Shown here piece by piece: positions 23,564 through 37,570 of a stretch of 64,000 nt of DNA. The notes under the pieces were generated by a model. It saw nothing but the letters and a program-made list of their open reading frames with translations. It searched no databases and was not told where the DNA came from. Every line of letters starts with the position of its first letter. Position 1 is the first letter of the stretch. The position numbers and the translations under genes are program-made. This stretch comes from Convolutriloba macropyga (Eukaryota): positions 27,094,001-27,158,000 of the forward strand of contig NC_134476.1 in assembly GCF_964194025.1 (NCBI RefSeq), in the 5' to 3' direction.

Positions 23564-26500
23564 GTCTCTGTAGTGTCCCCGAGGTTTCGATGCAGATGAT
23601 GGATCTTTTCGGAAATCAAAACTGATCAACTGATCTTGGTCGTTAAGAAGATTTTAAAATTAGCTTAACTGTCTTCATTTATGTAGCTCCACAGATATTG
23701 ATAGAATTTCAAGAGCTGAAAAGCTAGAGGTTTCTCTCGTCCTGGGGATAATGAGCAAGCTCCACTTGATAATTAGTGGCTAAGGGCAATTTTTGATCTC
23801 GACACCATGACACACATCGGTTCGACGTATCACAGAAAGTCACTTTTTTCTCTTCGCCTCATTTTTGAGTAGAAAATTCTAACAAATATGCAGTTAATGC
23901 GTCACAGTAATTATTTCAAAACGAACACAGAAAACTACAATATTAATAAAATACTAGCGCTAGCAAAGTACATTATCATCAATTATCTTCAACTCAAAAA
24001 TAATTCGCTTCAAATGCAGAATTTTAAGCCATATATCTATACATCTTCTTCAATTTATCAATTAACAATTTCAATTAACTCTGGTTTGTATCTTTTTTCG
24101 TGCTGAAAATACAATCCTGATTATTTCTCAATCAGTTAAAAACAGCTTGTGAATTGCCTCAGCTTCAAATGTCAATGCCGATCAGGAACTCGGTAGCAGA
24201 GCTGATCTGCTCTAGTTGTTTTTTCGGTCTCCAGATTTTGAGATCCTTCAACAACATTACATTACCGGCTGTCAAAATTTTCTCTGTTTTCTGATTTGCA
24301 AAACCTTGTTTTTTAAATTTTCATAGCAGCAGCAATTTGTTTCTAATGAGAATTTTAACTGTGAAGAAGTGACGCCGGAAAAATCAATTTTTTGCTAGTG
24401 AAAATTTGGTATGATGGGCATCAGTATAAAGTTGGGGTTGATAAATTTTTCTCAAAAAAATTTTTCGAGAAAAATTGCGCATCTAGTCTATTATGATACT
24501 TATGAAAAAAGGTTACTTATTTGTGCGAAAATTTGCGAATTATTCGAATAATCGACTTTAAAAACTAGCATCTTCTGACGGGACAAGTGTCAAAAATTGC
24601 GCATCCGAGCCTATTATCATACCCAATTAGCCTAACACCGACAAAAATAATCTTTTAGCTATGTCGTGACTTATTAATCCGTGACGCAGTAATTTTGTTC
24701 GGTTAACTAGCAGGTAGACAATAGCATGCTTAATAAATTTCGAACCTTTCACAAACCTCTGGAAGATTATACGTGCACCCGGGCCGAGGAAATTGGCCAA
24801 AATCATGTAAGATCAGCGGCAACTAGCGTTGAAAAGTCGGAAAATTCACCGCAATTTTCTTACATAATTTTGCGTTGAATGTGTTGAATTCGAAGACAAA
24901 AATTCAACGCATTCAACGCAAAATTATGTAAGAAAATTGCGGTTAATTTTCCGACTTGTCAACTCTAGTTGCCGCTGATCTTACATATGTAGCGGTGAAT
25001 GTAGCGTAGATCTTACATAATTAGCGTTGAATTTAGCGTAGATCTTACATATTTTAGCGTTGAATTTAGCGTTGGTCTTACATAATTAGCGTTGAATTTA
25101 GCGTAGATCTTACATATTTAGCGTTGAATTTAGCGTAGATCTTACATAATTAGCGTTGAATTTAGCGTAGATCTTACATATTTTAGCGTTGAATTTAGCG
25201 TTGGTCTTACATTCTTAGCGTTGAATTTAGCGTAGATCTCCCATAAATTCAACGCTTTCAACACCAATCTTACATATTTTGCGTAGAATTTTGCCGAGAT
25301 CTTACAAATTTAAGGTTGAATTTTTTGAATTCCATTTCAGACCACCTAATGATTTCAAAAATTTTTCAAGTTTTTTTTTCGAAAAGTCAATTTTTTCACT
25401 GTTTCGACCCCGATACTTCACAGGTGAGAAAAGCGAAGTCAGCAAAAAAACCACTTTTTAGTGCTCTTTTATAGTTCGAAATCCATTTGAGACCATTTTA
25501 CGACTTCAGAACTTTTCCAGGTTTTTTTTTTCGAAAAATCATTTTCCCTGTTTCGACCCCTATGCTGCAATGGTGAGAAACGTGAAATCTGAGAAAAATC
25601 ATTTTTAGTGCTCTTTTATAGTGCAAAATCCAATTGAATGTTCCAATAAGTTAATTTTTCAAAAAGTTAATTTTTTAACTGTTTCGACCCTATACTGCAC
25701 AGGTGAGAAAAATCACTTTTTAGTGCTCTTTTATAGTGCAAAATCCGTTTCAGACCATTTTACGATTTCAAAACTTTTTCAAGTTTTTCTTTCGAAAAAT
25801 TAATTTTTTCACTATTTCGAACCCGATACTCCAAAGGTGAGTAACAGAAAGTCAGAAAAAATCTTTTTTAGTGCTCTTTTATAGTGCAAAATCCAATTCA
25901 AACCATTTGAAGATTTCAAATTTTTCAAGTTTTTTTTCGAAAAATTAATTTTTTACTGTTTCGACCCCTATGATGCACAATTGAGAAGAATGAAGTCAGC
26001 AAAAAATAACCATATGCTCTCCTACGGTGCAAAAACCATTTCAGACCATTTTGGGAATTCAAATTTTTTTCAAAACTTAAAAAGAAATTAAACTTTTCCC
26101 AGTACTTCTCACATGATAAATGCGTTGAATACGTTGAAATTATGTAAGATCTCGGCTAAATTCAACGAAAAATATGTAAGATCTAGGCTGAATTCAACAA
26201 AATATATGCAAGTTCTACGCTAAATTCAATCCAAAATATGTAACGTCTACGCTAAAATCAACGCAAAATATGTGAGAGCTACGCTAAATTCAACGCAAAA
26301 TATGTAAGATCTACGCTTTATAAGGATTGCGGCTCTTAAGGAAACCAAGGTACGGTGGCGCAAAGGTAGAAGAGGTGACAAGTAAACAGGAGGTCAGTGG
26401 TTCGAGTCCCATACCCAGAGTTCTACGCGTTGATTTTTTGTAAGATCAACGCTAAATTCAACGCAAAAATATGTAAGATCTACGCTAAATTCAACGCTAA

Positions 26501-28330
26501 TTATGTAAGATCTACGCTAAATTCAACGCTAAATATGTAAGATCAGCGGCAACTAGCGTTGACAAGTTGGAAAATTCACCGCCATTTCTTACATAATTTT
26601 GCGCTGAATGCGTTGAATTTTTGTCTTTAAATTCAACGCATTCAACGCAAAATTATGTAGGAAAATTGCGGTGAATTTTCCGACTTGTCAACGCTAGCTG
26701 CCGCTGATCTTATATAATTTTGGCCAAATTCCTCGGCCCGGGGTCTCTGTAGTGTCCCAGAGGTTTCGATGCAGATGATGGATCTTTTCGGAAATCAAAA
26801 CTGATCAACTGATCTTGGTCGTTAAGAAGATTTTAAAATTAGCTTAACTGTCTTCCTTTATGTAGCTCCACAGATATTGATAGAATTTCAAGAGCTGAAA
26901 AGCTAGAGGTTTCTCTCGTCCTGGGGATAATGAGCAAGCTCCACTTGATAATTAGTGGCTAAGGGCAATTTTTGATCTCGACACCATGACACACATCGGT
27001 TCGACGTATCACAGAAAGTCACTTTTTTCTCTTCGCCTCATTTTTGAGTAGAAAATTCTAACAAATATGCAGTTAATGCGTCACAGTAATTATTTCAAAA
27101 CGAACACAGAAACCTACAATATTAATAAAATACTAGCGCTAGCAAAGTACATTATCATCAATTATCTTCAACTCAAAAATAATTCGCTTCAAATGCAGAA
27201 TTTTAAGCCATATATCTATACATCTTCTTCAATTTATCAATTAACAATTTCAATTAACTCTGGTTTGTATCTTTTTTCGTGCTGAAAATACAATCCTGAT
27301 TATTTCTCAATCAGTTAAAAACAGCTTGTGAATTGCCTCAGCTTCAAATGTCAATGCCGATCAGGAACTCGGTAGCAGAGCTGATCTGCTCTAGTTGTTT
27401 TTTCGGTCTCCAGATTTTGAGATCCTTCAACAACATTACATTACCGGCTGTCAAAATTTTCTCTGTTTTCTGATTTGCAAAACCTTGTTTTTTAAATTTT
27501 CATAGCAGCAGCAATTTGTTTCTAATGAGAATTTTAACTGTGAAGAAGTGACGCCGGAAAAATCAATTTTTTGCTAGTGAAAATTTGGTATGATGGGCAT
27601 CAGTATAAAGTTGGGGTTGATAAATTTTTCTCAAAAAAATTTTTCGAGAAAAATTGCGCATCTAGTCTATTATGATACTTATGAAAAAAGGTTACTTATT
27701 TGTGCGAAAATTTGCGAATTATTCGAATAATCGACTTTAAAAACTAGCATCTTCTGACGGGACAAGTGTCAAAAATTGCGCATCCGAGCCTATTATGATA
27801 CCCAATTAGCCTAACACCGACAAAAATAATCTTTTAGCTATGTCGTGACTTATTAATCCGTGACGCAGTAATTTTGTTCGGTTAACTAGCAGGTAGACAA
27901 TAGCATGCTTAATAAATTTCGAACCTTTCACAAACCTCTGGAAGATTATACGTGCACCCGGGCCGAGGAAATTGGCCAAAATCATGTAAGATCAGCGGCA
28001 ACTAGCGTTGAAAAGTCGGAAAATTCACCGCAATTTTCTTACATAATTTTGCGTTGAATGTGTTGAATTCGAAGACAAAAATTCAACGCATTCAACGCAA
28101 AATTATGTAAGAAAATTGCGGTGAATTTTCCGACTTGTCAACGCTAGTTGCCGCTGATCTTACATATGTAGCGGTGAATGTAGCGTAGATCTTACATAAT
28201 TAGCGTTGAATTTAGCGTAGATCTTACATATTTTAGCGTTGAATTTAGCGTTGGTCTTACATAATTAGCGTTGAATTTAGCGTAGATCTTACATATTTAG
28301 CGTTGAATTTAGCGTAGACCTTACATATTT
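22027..28330 (+). repeat. Near-identical ~3.18-kb tandem duplication (~22027-25150 and ~25205-28330)
   Basis: Constant 3179-bp offset (22442/25621, 23888/27067); junction lies within the 33-bp array. Confidence 0.92.
23170..23236 (+). other. tRNA-derived (SINE-head-like) cassette; copies at 26349-26415 (+) and ~28462-28529 (-)
   Basis: A-box-like GGTGGCGCAAGGGTAG and B-box GGTTCGAGTCC at tRNA spacing; cloverleaf incomplete. Confidence 0.6.
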
Positions 28331-29611
28331 AGCGTTGAATTTACCGTAGATCTTATATAATTAGCGTTTAATGTAGCGTAGATTTTACATATTTTTGCGT
28401 TGAATTTAGCGTTGATCTTACAAAAAATCAAAGCGTCCACATGAACTATTAACCTCCAGTTGCGTATAGGACTCGAACTGCTGACTTCCTGTTTGCTTGT
28501 CGCCTCTTCTACCCTTGTGCCACAGTACCTTGGTATCCTTAAGAGCCGCAATTCTTATAAAGTGTAGATCTTACATATTTTGCGTTGAAATTAGCGTAGA
28601 TCTTACATATTTTGTGTAGATTTGCGTTGATTTTGTGTAGTTTATAACTTAGCATATTCAATGCATTTACCATGTGAGGCGCACTGGGAAAAATTTTTTT
28701 TAAAAGTTTTGAAATACTTTTAAAAGTTTTGAAAAAAATGATTTTTTTAAAATAATTTTTTCAAAACTTTTAAAATAGTTTTTTTAAAGGTTTTGAAAAA
28801 AATTTGAATTCCTAAAATGGTCTGAAATGGTTTTTGCACCGTAAGAGAGCACTCAAAGGTTATTTTTTGCTGACTTCATTTTTCTCTCCTGTGAAATATA
28901 GGGGTCGAAACAGTGAAAAAATTGACTTTTTGAAAAAAACTTGAAAAACTTTTGAAATAGTAAAGTGGTCTGAAATAAAATGGAAATATTAGCGTTGAAT
29001 GCGTTGAATTTATGTAAGATCAACGCTAAATTCACTGCTAAACAAGTAAGATCTACGCTAAAATTCAACGCTAAATATGTAAGATCTACGCCAAAAATCA
29101 ACGCAAAATTATGTAAGATTAGCGTTGAATGCGTTGAATTTGTGTAAGATCAACTCTAAATTCTACGCTAAATGTGTAAGGTCTACGCTAAAATTCAACG
29201 CTAATTATGTAATATCTACGCCAAAATTCAACACAAAATTATGTAAGATTAGCGTTGAATGCGTTGAATTTATGTAAGATCAATGCTAAAATTCAACGCT
29301 AAATATGTAAGATCTACGCCAAAATTCAACACAAAATTATGTATGACTAGCGTTGAACGCGTTGAATTTATGTAAGATCAACGCTAAATTCAACGCTAAA
29401 TATGTAAGATCTACGCTAAAATTCAACGGTAAAAATGTAAGATCTACGCCAAAATTTAACGCAAAATTATGTAAGATTAGCGTTGAATGCATTGAATTTA
29501 TGTAAAATATACGCTTACAGATCTTACGCTACAGATCTTACATAAATTCAACGCATTCAACACCAATCTTAATTAAATTTGCGTTTTTTAGCGTTGACAC
29601 CTCGGCCCGGG
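27957..29611 (+). mobile_element. Complete foldback-like element with 12-bp TIRs
   Basis: CCCGGGCCGAGG...CCTCGGCCCGGG; flanks TGCA/CGCA; internal 182-bp hairpin, opposed 33-bp arrays and tRNA-like cassette. Confidence 0.7.
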
Positions 29612-30544
29612 CGCATCCAAATAATAATTGTAATGATGCAATCACAAAAAACTGATTAATTATATTCAATACCAAATTTAATTGACAATATATCCCAACC
29701 AATAGAGAAAATGAGCGCAATGCAAAGGCCAGAAAATTTTAGCGTAACTAAGTCGGCAAACAAATAAGAATTTATTGAGTTTTATACTGATGAGACAGCC
29801 GACAAAACTCCTCAAAAAATGAAATTGACAGGCTACAAGGGCTAATTGCAACCTGCCTTGGCGTAAGCTGTAAACTTCTTCAAACAGCTTTAAGGAAATT
29901 CAGAATCTTCTATAAACAACTAATATCTTTCCAAAGAACTTGCAATTTTTAACTCACTTTCGGAACATATTTTAGAGCAGAATTTCTTGCAAAAATCAAA
30001 AAATCAAAAGCAAATAGGTATATCGATACCTCGGATCTCTCATGCAAAACGATTGCATGAAAAAATTTTGTTGGAAAGCAACTACACGATAGATGAATCG
30101 ATCGTGATAAAAAAAATGCGCAACTCTCTCAACCAACAAAACCTACTGCGCAAAAGATGAAAAGGAGTTTTGTAACCTCATATGAATGCCAAAAACAATT
30201 TCTGGACGAAAAAGAAGAAATCAATTACAATCCAAAAATTTTGAATTTGGACATATTTTTTTGGTCCTCGTCTTTAATTGCATCCCTTTTGGTATGCGCT
30301 TTTTTACGGCATTGATTCACATTGCATTGTTTTCAATGACTCTCTTTGAACTTGCAATTTGTCGGCATTGACCTTTTAAGAGAGCAAACTTCGGCCATTG
30401 GCGTCCCGATATCTATTCTCTTATTCGTGCTGCCCTGGATCTCTTAAACATACTCATCGAGAATTTTTTGAACATGATCGTCACTGGACTCATAAATCTG
30501 CATTTCGCCTTTCGATAAGCACAGTGCATTATAAACTGTCAGGA

Positions 30545-30548
<4 letters not shown>

Positions 30549-30600
<52 letters not shown>
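30549..30600. repeat. (TA)26 microsatellite
   Basis: Pure TA run. Confidence 0.98.
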
Positions 30601-30602
<2 letters not shown>

Positions 30603-32560
30603 CAAAATGATTTGATTCGGACGTAGCACAATTGAAAATCTAATGAAAACTATCAGAAGTCTTTGAATGTTCGTTAAAACACAATCTCTGTTGAAGTTTA
30701 GGAACATCTTTTTGAAGATAAACAGATATTTTAGATGTTTTATATCTAAACCAGTCTTTCTAACAATGACGTTTGTAACAAATTTTTTGCCTCAAACAAA
30801 TTTGTGGATGATCACCAACTAGAAGCAGATTTTTCAGCTGGTGTCCCAGTAGTGCATTGAAGAAATTGTAGCATAATTGATCGCCCAACTGAGCTTAGAA
30901 AAGACTCTCAATGAACATGAGTTAAGGGGATGAGAGAAAAGCGATTGTTTTGTTAATTTGTGTATTGCAGGTCTAACGGTAGTACTGCACAGATGATTTG
31001 AGGATGCTTTGAAAGAGATGAGAGGCCGTCGCCATTTTTGGCATCCAGGCCCAAATATTTGAAGGGCTAAGCTGATCAAACAATCACTGACAGCGGAACA
31101 TAATTTTTGACCTGTTGTTAGCACAGGAGACATATCAAACACCTCAGATACAGCACAGATATCACAAGAGTGGATATGAGGAGAAAAAAGTCTTAAGAGT
31201 CGGAATTTATGATACTTCGCCAAATGAAGTAAATGAGGACCCTCGTATTGACAAAAACAAGAAGGGTCACTCCAGAATTGATTGCCTGGGATATTTAATT
31301 TTGACTGGCCAAATTGAAAACCAAGATCGACAAAGCTACTGACCATTTATTAGCCGATAAGGCATCATTAATATGAAAAGAATTTTATTAAAAGAATTAT
31401 TATACAATTTTAGCAATATTATGATAACTTTAAGCCCTGAACTAACCAGAAGACTCTTGAGCAACTTTGATTTGTCAGATGTTTCTTATTACTGAAAGAG
31501 TATTCAGACGAAGAAATATTGAGAAATGTTTGCTCAATTTGCGGCAAGTTACTCTATAAAACCGGGTTAAGTTAATTTTACTTGAATTGTTTGGCCTTCG
31601 AATTTATTTCAGAAAAAAAACGACACTGCAATCGAAGAATCAATAAATTTAAGCAACAAAGGATGATCCGTTTTGACTCCTTTTAGATCAAAGAGGGACT
31701 CCCCTTGACGGTGACTTTTTATTACTCTTTCACTATTTGGTATCGTTTTGATAACTGCAGCCAGATTGTCGATGCCCAGATATTTTCTTTTTATCCAAGC
31801 AGTCATCAATAAACAAATAAAAGCAACTTATACTTTGTTTTGGTTTCAGACGTTGCTCAAATTTGGAATTCAAAAAGAATTTCTTTTACAGTTTCCGCTT
31901 AAATTTGCAGTTGCTGGTGTGTTGTTATTCATCTGACCACAGTTTTAAAGTTTTACAATTTTAATTAAAAATTCAAAGATGAAAGCTACAAGCAGCTGAT
32001 TTATTGTCATATCCTGCTTCACTTTATTACTCAGAAACCAAATCATACGAAAAAGTATTGGAACACCTTAATGAAGGTATCTTTGTTCATGTAAGATCAT
32101 AATACGTGTAGCTATAGTGAAGCTTGCTACCAGTTATTTGATATTTTGTTAGATCAGTTGCCTAGAAATATTTTTGCGCAGTTGTTTGTTTTAGAAAAGA
32201 AACGAAATCGCCATCTTATACGAAGTTGATTATGTTTTGGAAGATTATAAATCTTTTATGAAGAGTTTGTTTCCATCCTCTTTTTGTGTTCAGAAAATGT
32301 TAAATCCACAAATAGAGGCTCATTACTGCTAAAAAATAATTCAAACTTTCTTAAATATTATTACTTTTAACTTAATTATAAGTTATAAAGTTTCATTGTC
32401 GACATACTATAATTTGCGTCAAGAAGAATCACCGTTAATATTTTTTTCTATTCCCATTTCAAACGGATGATATTTTTTGTTCAGATTTATATATTTTTCG
32501 TTAAATGCGGTCTACATTTTCCACTTTTTCTTAGATTTTCGCTGGTTTTCAATTGATGAA

Positions 32561-32840
32561 ATGTGTGTAAACATCGTCAACATCGGACTTTTTCTGTTAT
32601 TTTATTCATTTAATCTCGCTTTTTCGAGTGAAGATTTCTTGCATTATTACATAACTCACACAAGCAGTGAAATCTTTGTGGACTTTATCAAGGACACAAT
32701 GTCAGCTGAGTCTGCGAGGTACTGTGGCCTCTACTGTATTCAGTTCACTTATTGCAAGTCATTCAACTACCACCTCAAGTTCCACATGTGTCATCTTCTG
32801 GTCACAGATTCCAGGCTACTTCAACAGGAAGATCAACTTG
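32561..32840 (+). CDS. Exon 1 of a secreted PAN/Apple-domain protein
   Basis: Hydrophobic signal-peptide-like N-terminus; CGLYCIQFTYCKSFNYHLKFHMCHLL fits the PAN Cys pattern; donor G|gttagt. Confidence 0.7.
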
Positions 32841-33123
32841 GTTAGTTCGTGGTTTTGGGTGTTGTTAATCGGCTCCCAGGTTGCGGTCAAAGTCTCAAAG
32901 GGATGCTCAAAGGGCATACTTTGTTGGATGGTTCAAAGAACAACTTAATGTAATTTGTAAATATAAAACTTGACAAGAAGCTGTGACTTCGCAGCGTAAT
33001 GTTGCTTTTATTTGATCAAATTTGCCTTCGGCTTTATGATAACGTGTACTGAACTTAAAGTTCAACTAAATAACGGTTGCTTTTGAGATATAAAATTCCA
33101 TATTGTCTCTAATCCTTTGACAG

Positions 33124-33371
33124 GTCCCTCGATCTATAAGAAGGGTCTGGACTGGAAACACGGTGAACCCCATCCCTCAGTTCAAGGCTGTGACTGGGAA
33201 GTGAGTGCGAGAGAGTGCTGCTTCATCTACCTCTATGGAAATGAGACTACACACAACCTTACCTCTCAGTGGAGTCTTCCCACGAACAACAACATAAGAT
33301 ACGCTGTTGATCTCGTCATAAGGACCACTAATGAGGCTAGCAGTTATTACCTTATTAAATATTTTTTATGA
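33124..33371 (+). CDS. Probable exon 2 of the PAN-domain gene (3' end uncertain)
   Basis: tttgacag| acceptor, phase-compatible (G+GT = Gly), Cys/Trp-containing open frame. Confidence 0.5.
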
Positions 33372-36300
33372 AACGTTAGTTTCTATATTAATGTTTTAAA
33401 TATGATCACAGCAGGTGGTTTTGTCCTGGGAGGCTCTGATCAGAGATGATTGTGGTCTGGCACCTCGTCCTGGGTAACCCAGGGTACCCCGAAAAAGCTT
33501 TGAGAACTTCTTTCAGACTTCTTTAAGGCAGCACAGCATAAAGTCGTTTGATTGTCTGAATTCCCTTTTAGATTAAATCGCTACTTGATAAATGAAAATG
33601 TCATGTTGATTTCTGCGAAGAAAATTCAGATAGGTATAGATGATAATATCTGTTTATACTTTGAATATATTATTTCAATGCTAGATGCACCTTAATTAAC
33701 TGAGAAATGTTTCCTTTCGATAACCGACCCGTTGTTCCGGATTACATCCCGCAACGAGTGAAAAGCATGGATACGGAGAGTGGTCGTCAATTGTCCACAT
33801 AAGTTTTTATTCCTGATCACAATTCAATGTATTTGAAATGTGTCCAGGCAAAGTCGTTTTTTGAGATCTGTTCACACATTTCCATGATATTTGAAATCAA
33901 ATTGAAGTGATTATTTCGTTCACGCCGAAACAGGAAGTGGAGCGAAAAAGAGAGTGATTTTGCGGCTTGAATTTTGTCAACCAATTTCAAGGTAGATCGA
34001 GAAAACGCTGTTAATGATTGAGTGGCTGGTTTTATCAGTACGTTTTCTTGTAGCTTTTTCTCCTACTGATATTTGTCGCACTTGTCTCGATGTTTAATAG
34101 TCACCCTCATCTTTCCAGCTGAAAATTTCGCGAGCTTTCTGAGGGTTCAAAGAATTTGAAATGCGTTTAAGGAATTGTCGTTTTTTCTTTTTCAAAAATC
34201 TGGTCACAATTTTGTTAATTTTGTGTTGCTGATGAGAAGTCAACATGAAGTAGTAATCATAGACACGCTGGTGTAGTAAAAAAGCAAATTTTTTCCGGAT
34301 TTATAATTTTGAAACGGCTTTTAGACCGAAAAAATGATGAACGAATAAAATTTTCATTTTTATCAATCTTCTTTTCACCTGCGGTACTTTGGCTTCTGTT
34401 TTCAATTTTTACTCCATGATTTTCTCTCAGCATGCATTTAAATGAGAAACGTTTGATCTACTTATGAATATTTGCAATGGATCAACAGCTGAAAACGCAA
34501 ATAATTGTTTTTTTTAAAAAAAAAAACTAGACGCTATTTGTTATCATGAAATAAAAACAATTTTTTGTTTTTGATTGTTCGTCACCAAGTCTTTTTTATG
34601 CGACATTTAGTTGGCTCCCTTATAAAACACAATTCAGCTTACTTAATGATTTGGACCACCTATATGCAATCATTATCAGTACTTTAACAAGTACAAAGCT
34701 CTAATGGTATTCTAAAGGGTTTGCCGTCTTCTGAGAGGAGTACTCAAAAAAAGATTCAAAAATGTTGGTGGGGAACTTTGTTAATTTAGTGCAGGGTATA
34801 ACTTTTGACTATTTCAACTTGACATTTTCGCAGGTATTAGCATTAACTAGCGCTTCACGTTGGGGTTTCTCCCTATACGTACTCGGTAAAATCATGAGGT
34901 AATAAAAATTTTCATAATCGAAAACAACTGAAAAATTCCAGAAATTTCGCATACTTAACAACATGCCTATCAAAAATGAAAGAAGTTCAAAATTCAAAAC
35001 GCAAAGTAAAATGCGTTCTTTTTGTGAAGCTGTACGTAGCATCTGTATTGGTGTAGTACAGTCCTAGAGATCAAAAATGAAAACTCACTCGGATTTTATG
35101 GTCCATAAACTGGCCATTAATTCAAAAAGCATTCCAAATTTTTTGTTTCGTCAATCAAAATTTATTATTCAATTAAGAAAAAAACTTAAGTCTGGAAAAA
35201 ATTGATGATTTTATAATACTCTATGAAACAGAATCTATAACACTTTTAAAAATATGAAGTTGTTCATTTTGTCTTTTTCTTTTACATGATACAAATTTCA
35301 AACTCTGATTCTTCTCTTTTATTTAAAGTACAGATTTGATTTATTGTGATGTTTTGAGCGCTGGTTCAATTTTTTGCTTAGAAAAATTTTGACCTCACAA
35401 AACAGTTTTTTTTTCAAAAATTGTCAAACTAATGGCTCTTCGAGAAGTCACCCTCTACGCCTTGTTTGGATCGGTTGGTCAACACAAGTAAAGAGCTACT
35501 TTCAAGACCACTTTGCTTAGTGACTGGCTTCATTTCGACTCGGTTTAACAACATCTCAACACTGCTTGCTAGACAATTTGAAATTAAAATCAAAATTGGT
35601 CTTCGAATTATTTCTTACATTCAATTTCACAACGTTGAGGCAATTTGGAAAATACTTTAGTAATTGTTAAGATTTGCCAATTTTATTAGCCGGTTTTTAG
35701 TTCCTTACCATAATCATGTACGTAACAGCGTTAGTTTTAAATACTGATTTAAAATCAAATCTTTCGGTTTTAATGAACTTCACACAATCCTTCAATTTTT
35801 AGATGAAATTCGCACGCTTTTCTACTAGATGTTTTGGCTCAGTGAATTTGTGTCAATAAACAATGGTCTGATTGGTATTCATTAGTTTTCTAATGAGACA
35901 ATTTTTAAATCATGTTATTATTTTTGTTCATATCTACCTGTTTTGACTACTTCTCGCACAGTAATTTTATTAAAGATATTTTAGTAAGTTTTTGGAATGT
36001 GCTCTCTTTTTCTGTGCTGTTTTCTTGTCTTGGCATTTTGCATTTCTAATGATAAGTCTCCTTGACTGCTAAGGGAGGCGTTTGTGAGCTTCCTTACTAA
36101 CTTTAATTTAATTGTGATGTTTTAAACCACTTTGAAGAAATTTGTATGCTAAAAGTATTGGCAGATATTTGGATTTTGCCGTTACGGTAGATAATTTTGT
36201 TGTTCTATCTTTTAGTGTACTAATCAAAGGTCACATTGATAAATTTTTTCATGTATTTCCTAAGGAAGAGAAGTTTAATGGGTACCAATGATTTCAAGTT

Positions 36301-37570
36301 CCAGTTGCCTGTCACAGATTCTCTGACGCCATTCATTAGAAGATCGATATGTTTTTTTCTGTAATTTCTCTTTTTGGTTTTATAAAAGTTTAAAAAAGGC
36401 AATAGTATGACATCTTTTTGACATGTCGGTTTTAAACCGTATGGCATTCACAACACTGTTTTCTTAAAAAAATTCGAAAAAAAATTAATGAATAGGTTTT
36501 TCTTTTCAGATTTTTGCTTGTTTTGTTTATTTTTCCGCGTATTGGTATATGATTTGCTGACTATCAAGTTCAAGATATGCCTTGTTATATTTTTATTCAT
36601 TTGTCCAAAAAATTGTGCTCTGTCCAATTTTTCCGCTTTTTCGGTATTTTTGGGCAATTTTTCCGAGTTTTCTCAGATAATTAATCTTTCATCGTCGTGA
36701 TTTTGTACACCAATGAACATCAGAACAATCTGAAATGAATTCAAAACTATTTTTAAAATAACCGAAAATAAAAACGGAATAAACCCATCAATCATTCATT
36801 CCAGTTGTAAAAATGAAATCATTGTAATGTTGAAAATCCAAAACCTATTTTCCAATTGTATTATTATAATAATTGTTTTTTTTAAAACCAGCGAAATTCA
36901 AGCGATTAGAGTCACTGCATTATAACTTTTGTTTTTTAATCTGGTCTTTTTACGTTTTTGTACGTCACCAAAGGTTAGTTTTGGAATTTTTGGAGCAACG
37001 CACAGAAATAGCCCAGCCCTCTTGTTTTATTATATAACCACCTTGCACATAATCCAGGGTGAGACCTCAGACCCTGAACTAGTATGGGTCAGATGGTGGC
37101 CGATTGGGGTTCGAGTGTCACCCGAGCTCATAGTGTGTTCAAATTTTTGGTTGCGCTTGGCCCATACCCTAGTTTGTTCTTGCCCATACCAGATTTGGCT
37201 GATTCCGGCCCGTGACAAATTTTGTCTACAATTTGGTCTCTTTGGTCTGGATGCCTTTTCTGGGTCTGTTCTGTCTGTCTTATACCAAACTTTGGTCTGT
37301 TTGTTCTGACCCTTGCCTATATTCAGATCTGTTTGGCAAGGCACAGACTCTACGCCAGGACCGAACAGGCAGAACAATGGGTATGCTATTTGCTAAACTT
37401 TCAGTTATTGTGTTCAGAACTCAGTGTGCATTACGGGAACATTTCCAGCAGAGACAAAATATGACGCAATAGAGAGCTCTCGAGTGAAGACGTACATAGC
37501 AGACTCACTCATTCCAGGAATCAACTACACATTCCAGTTATCGTTAGTTCGCAATTATTTACTGTTCTCG

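Noticed and set aside
30834-31346. 170-aa minus-strand ORF and overlapping plus-strand ORF
   Set aside because: No motif recognised; may be a decayed element, but cannot be supported from the sequence alone
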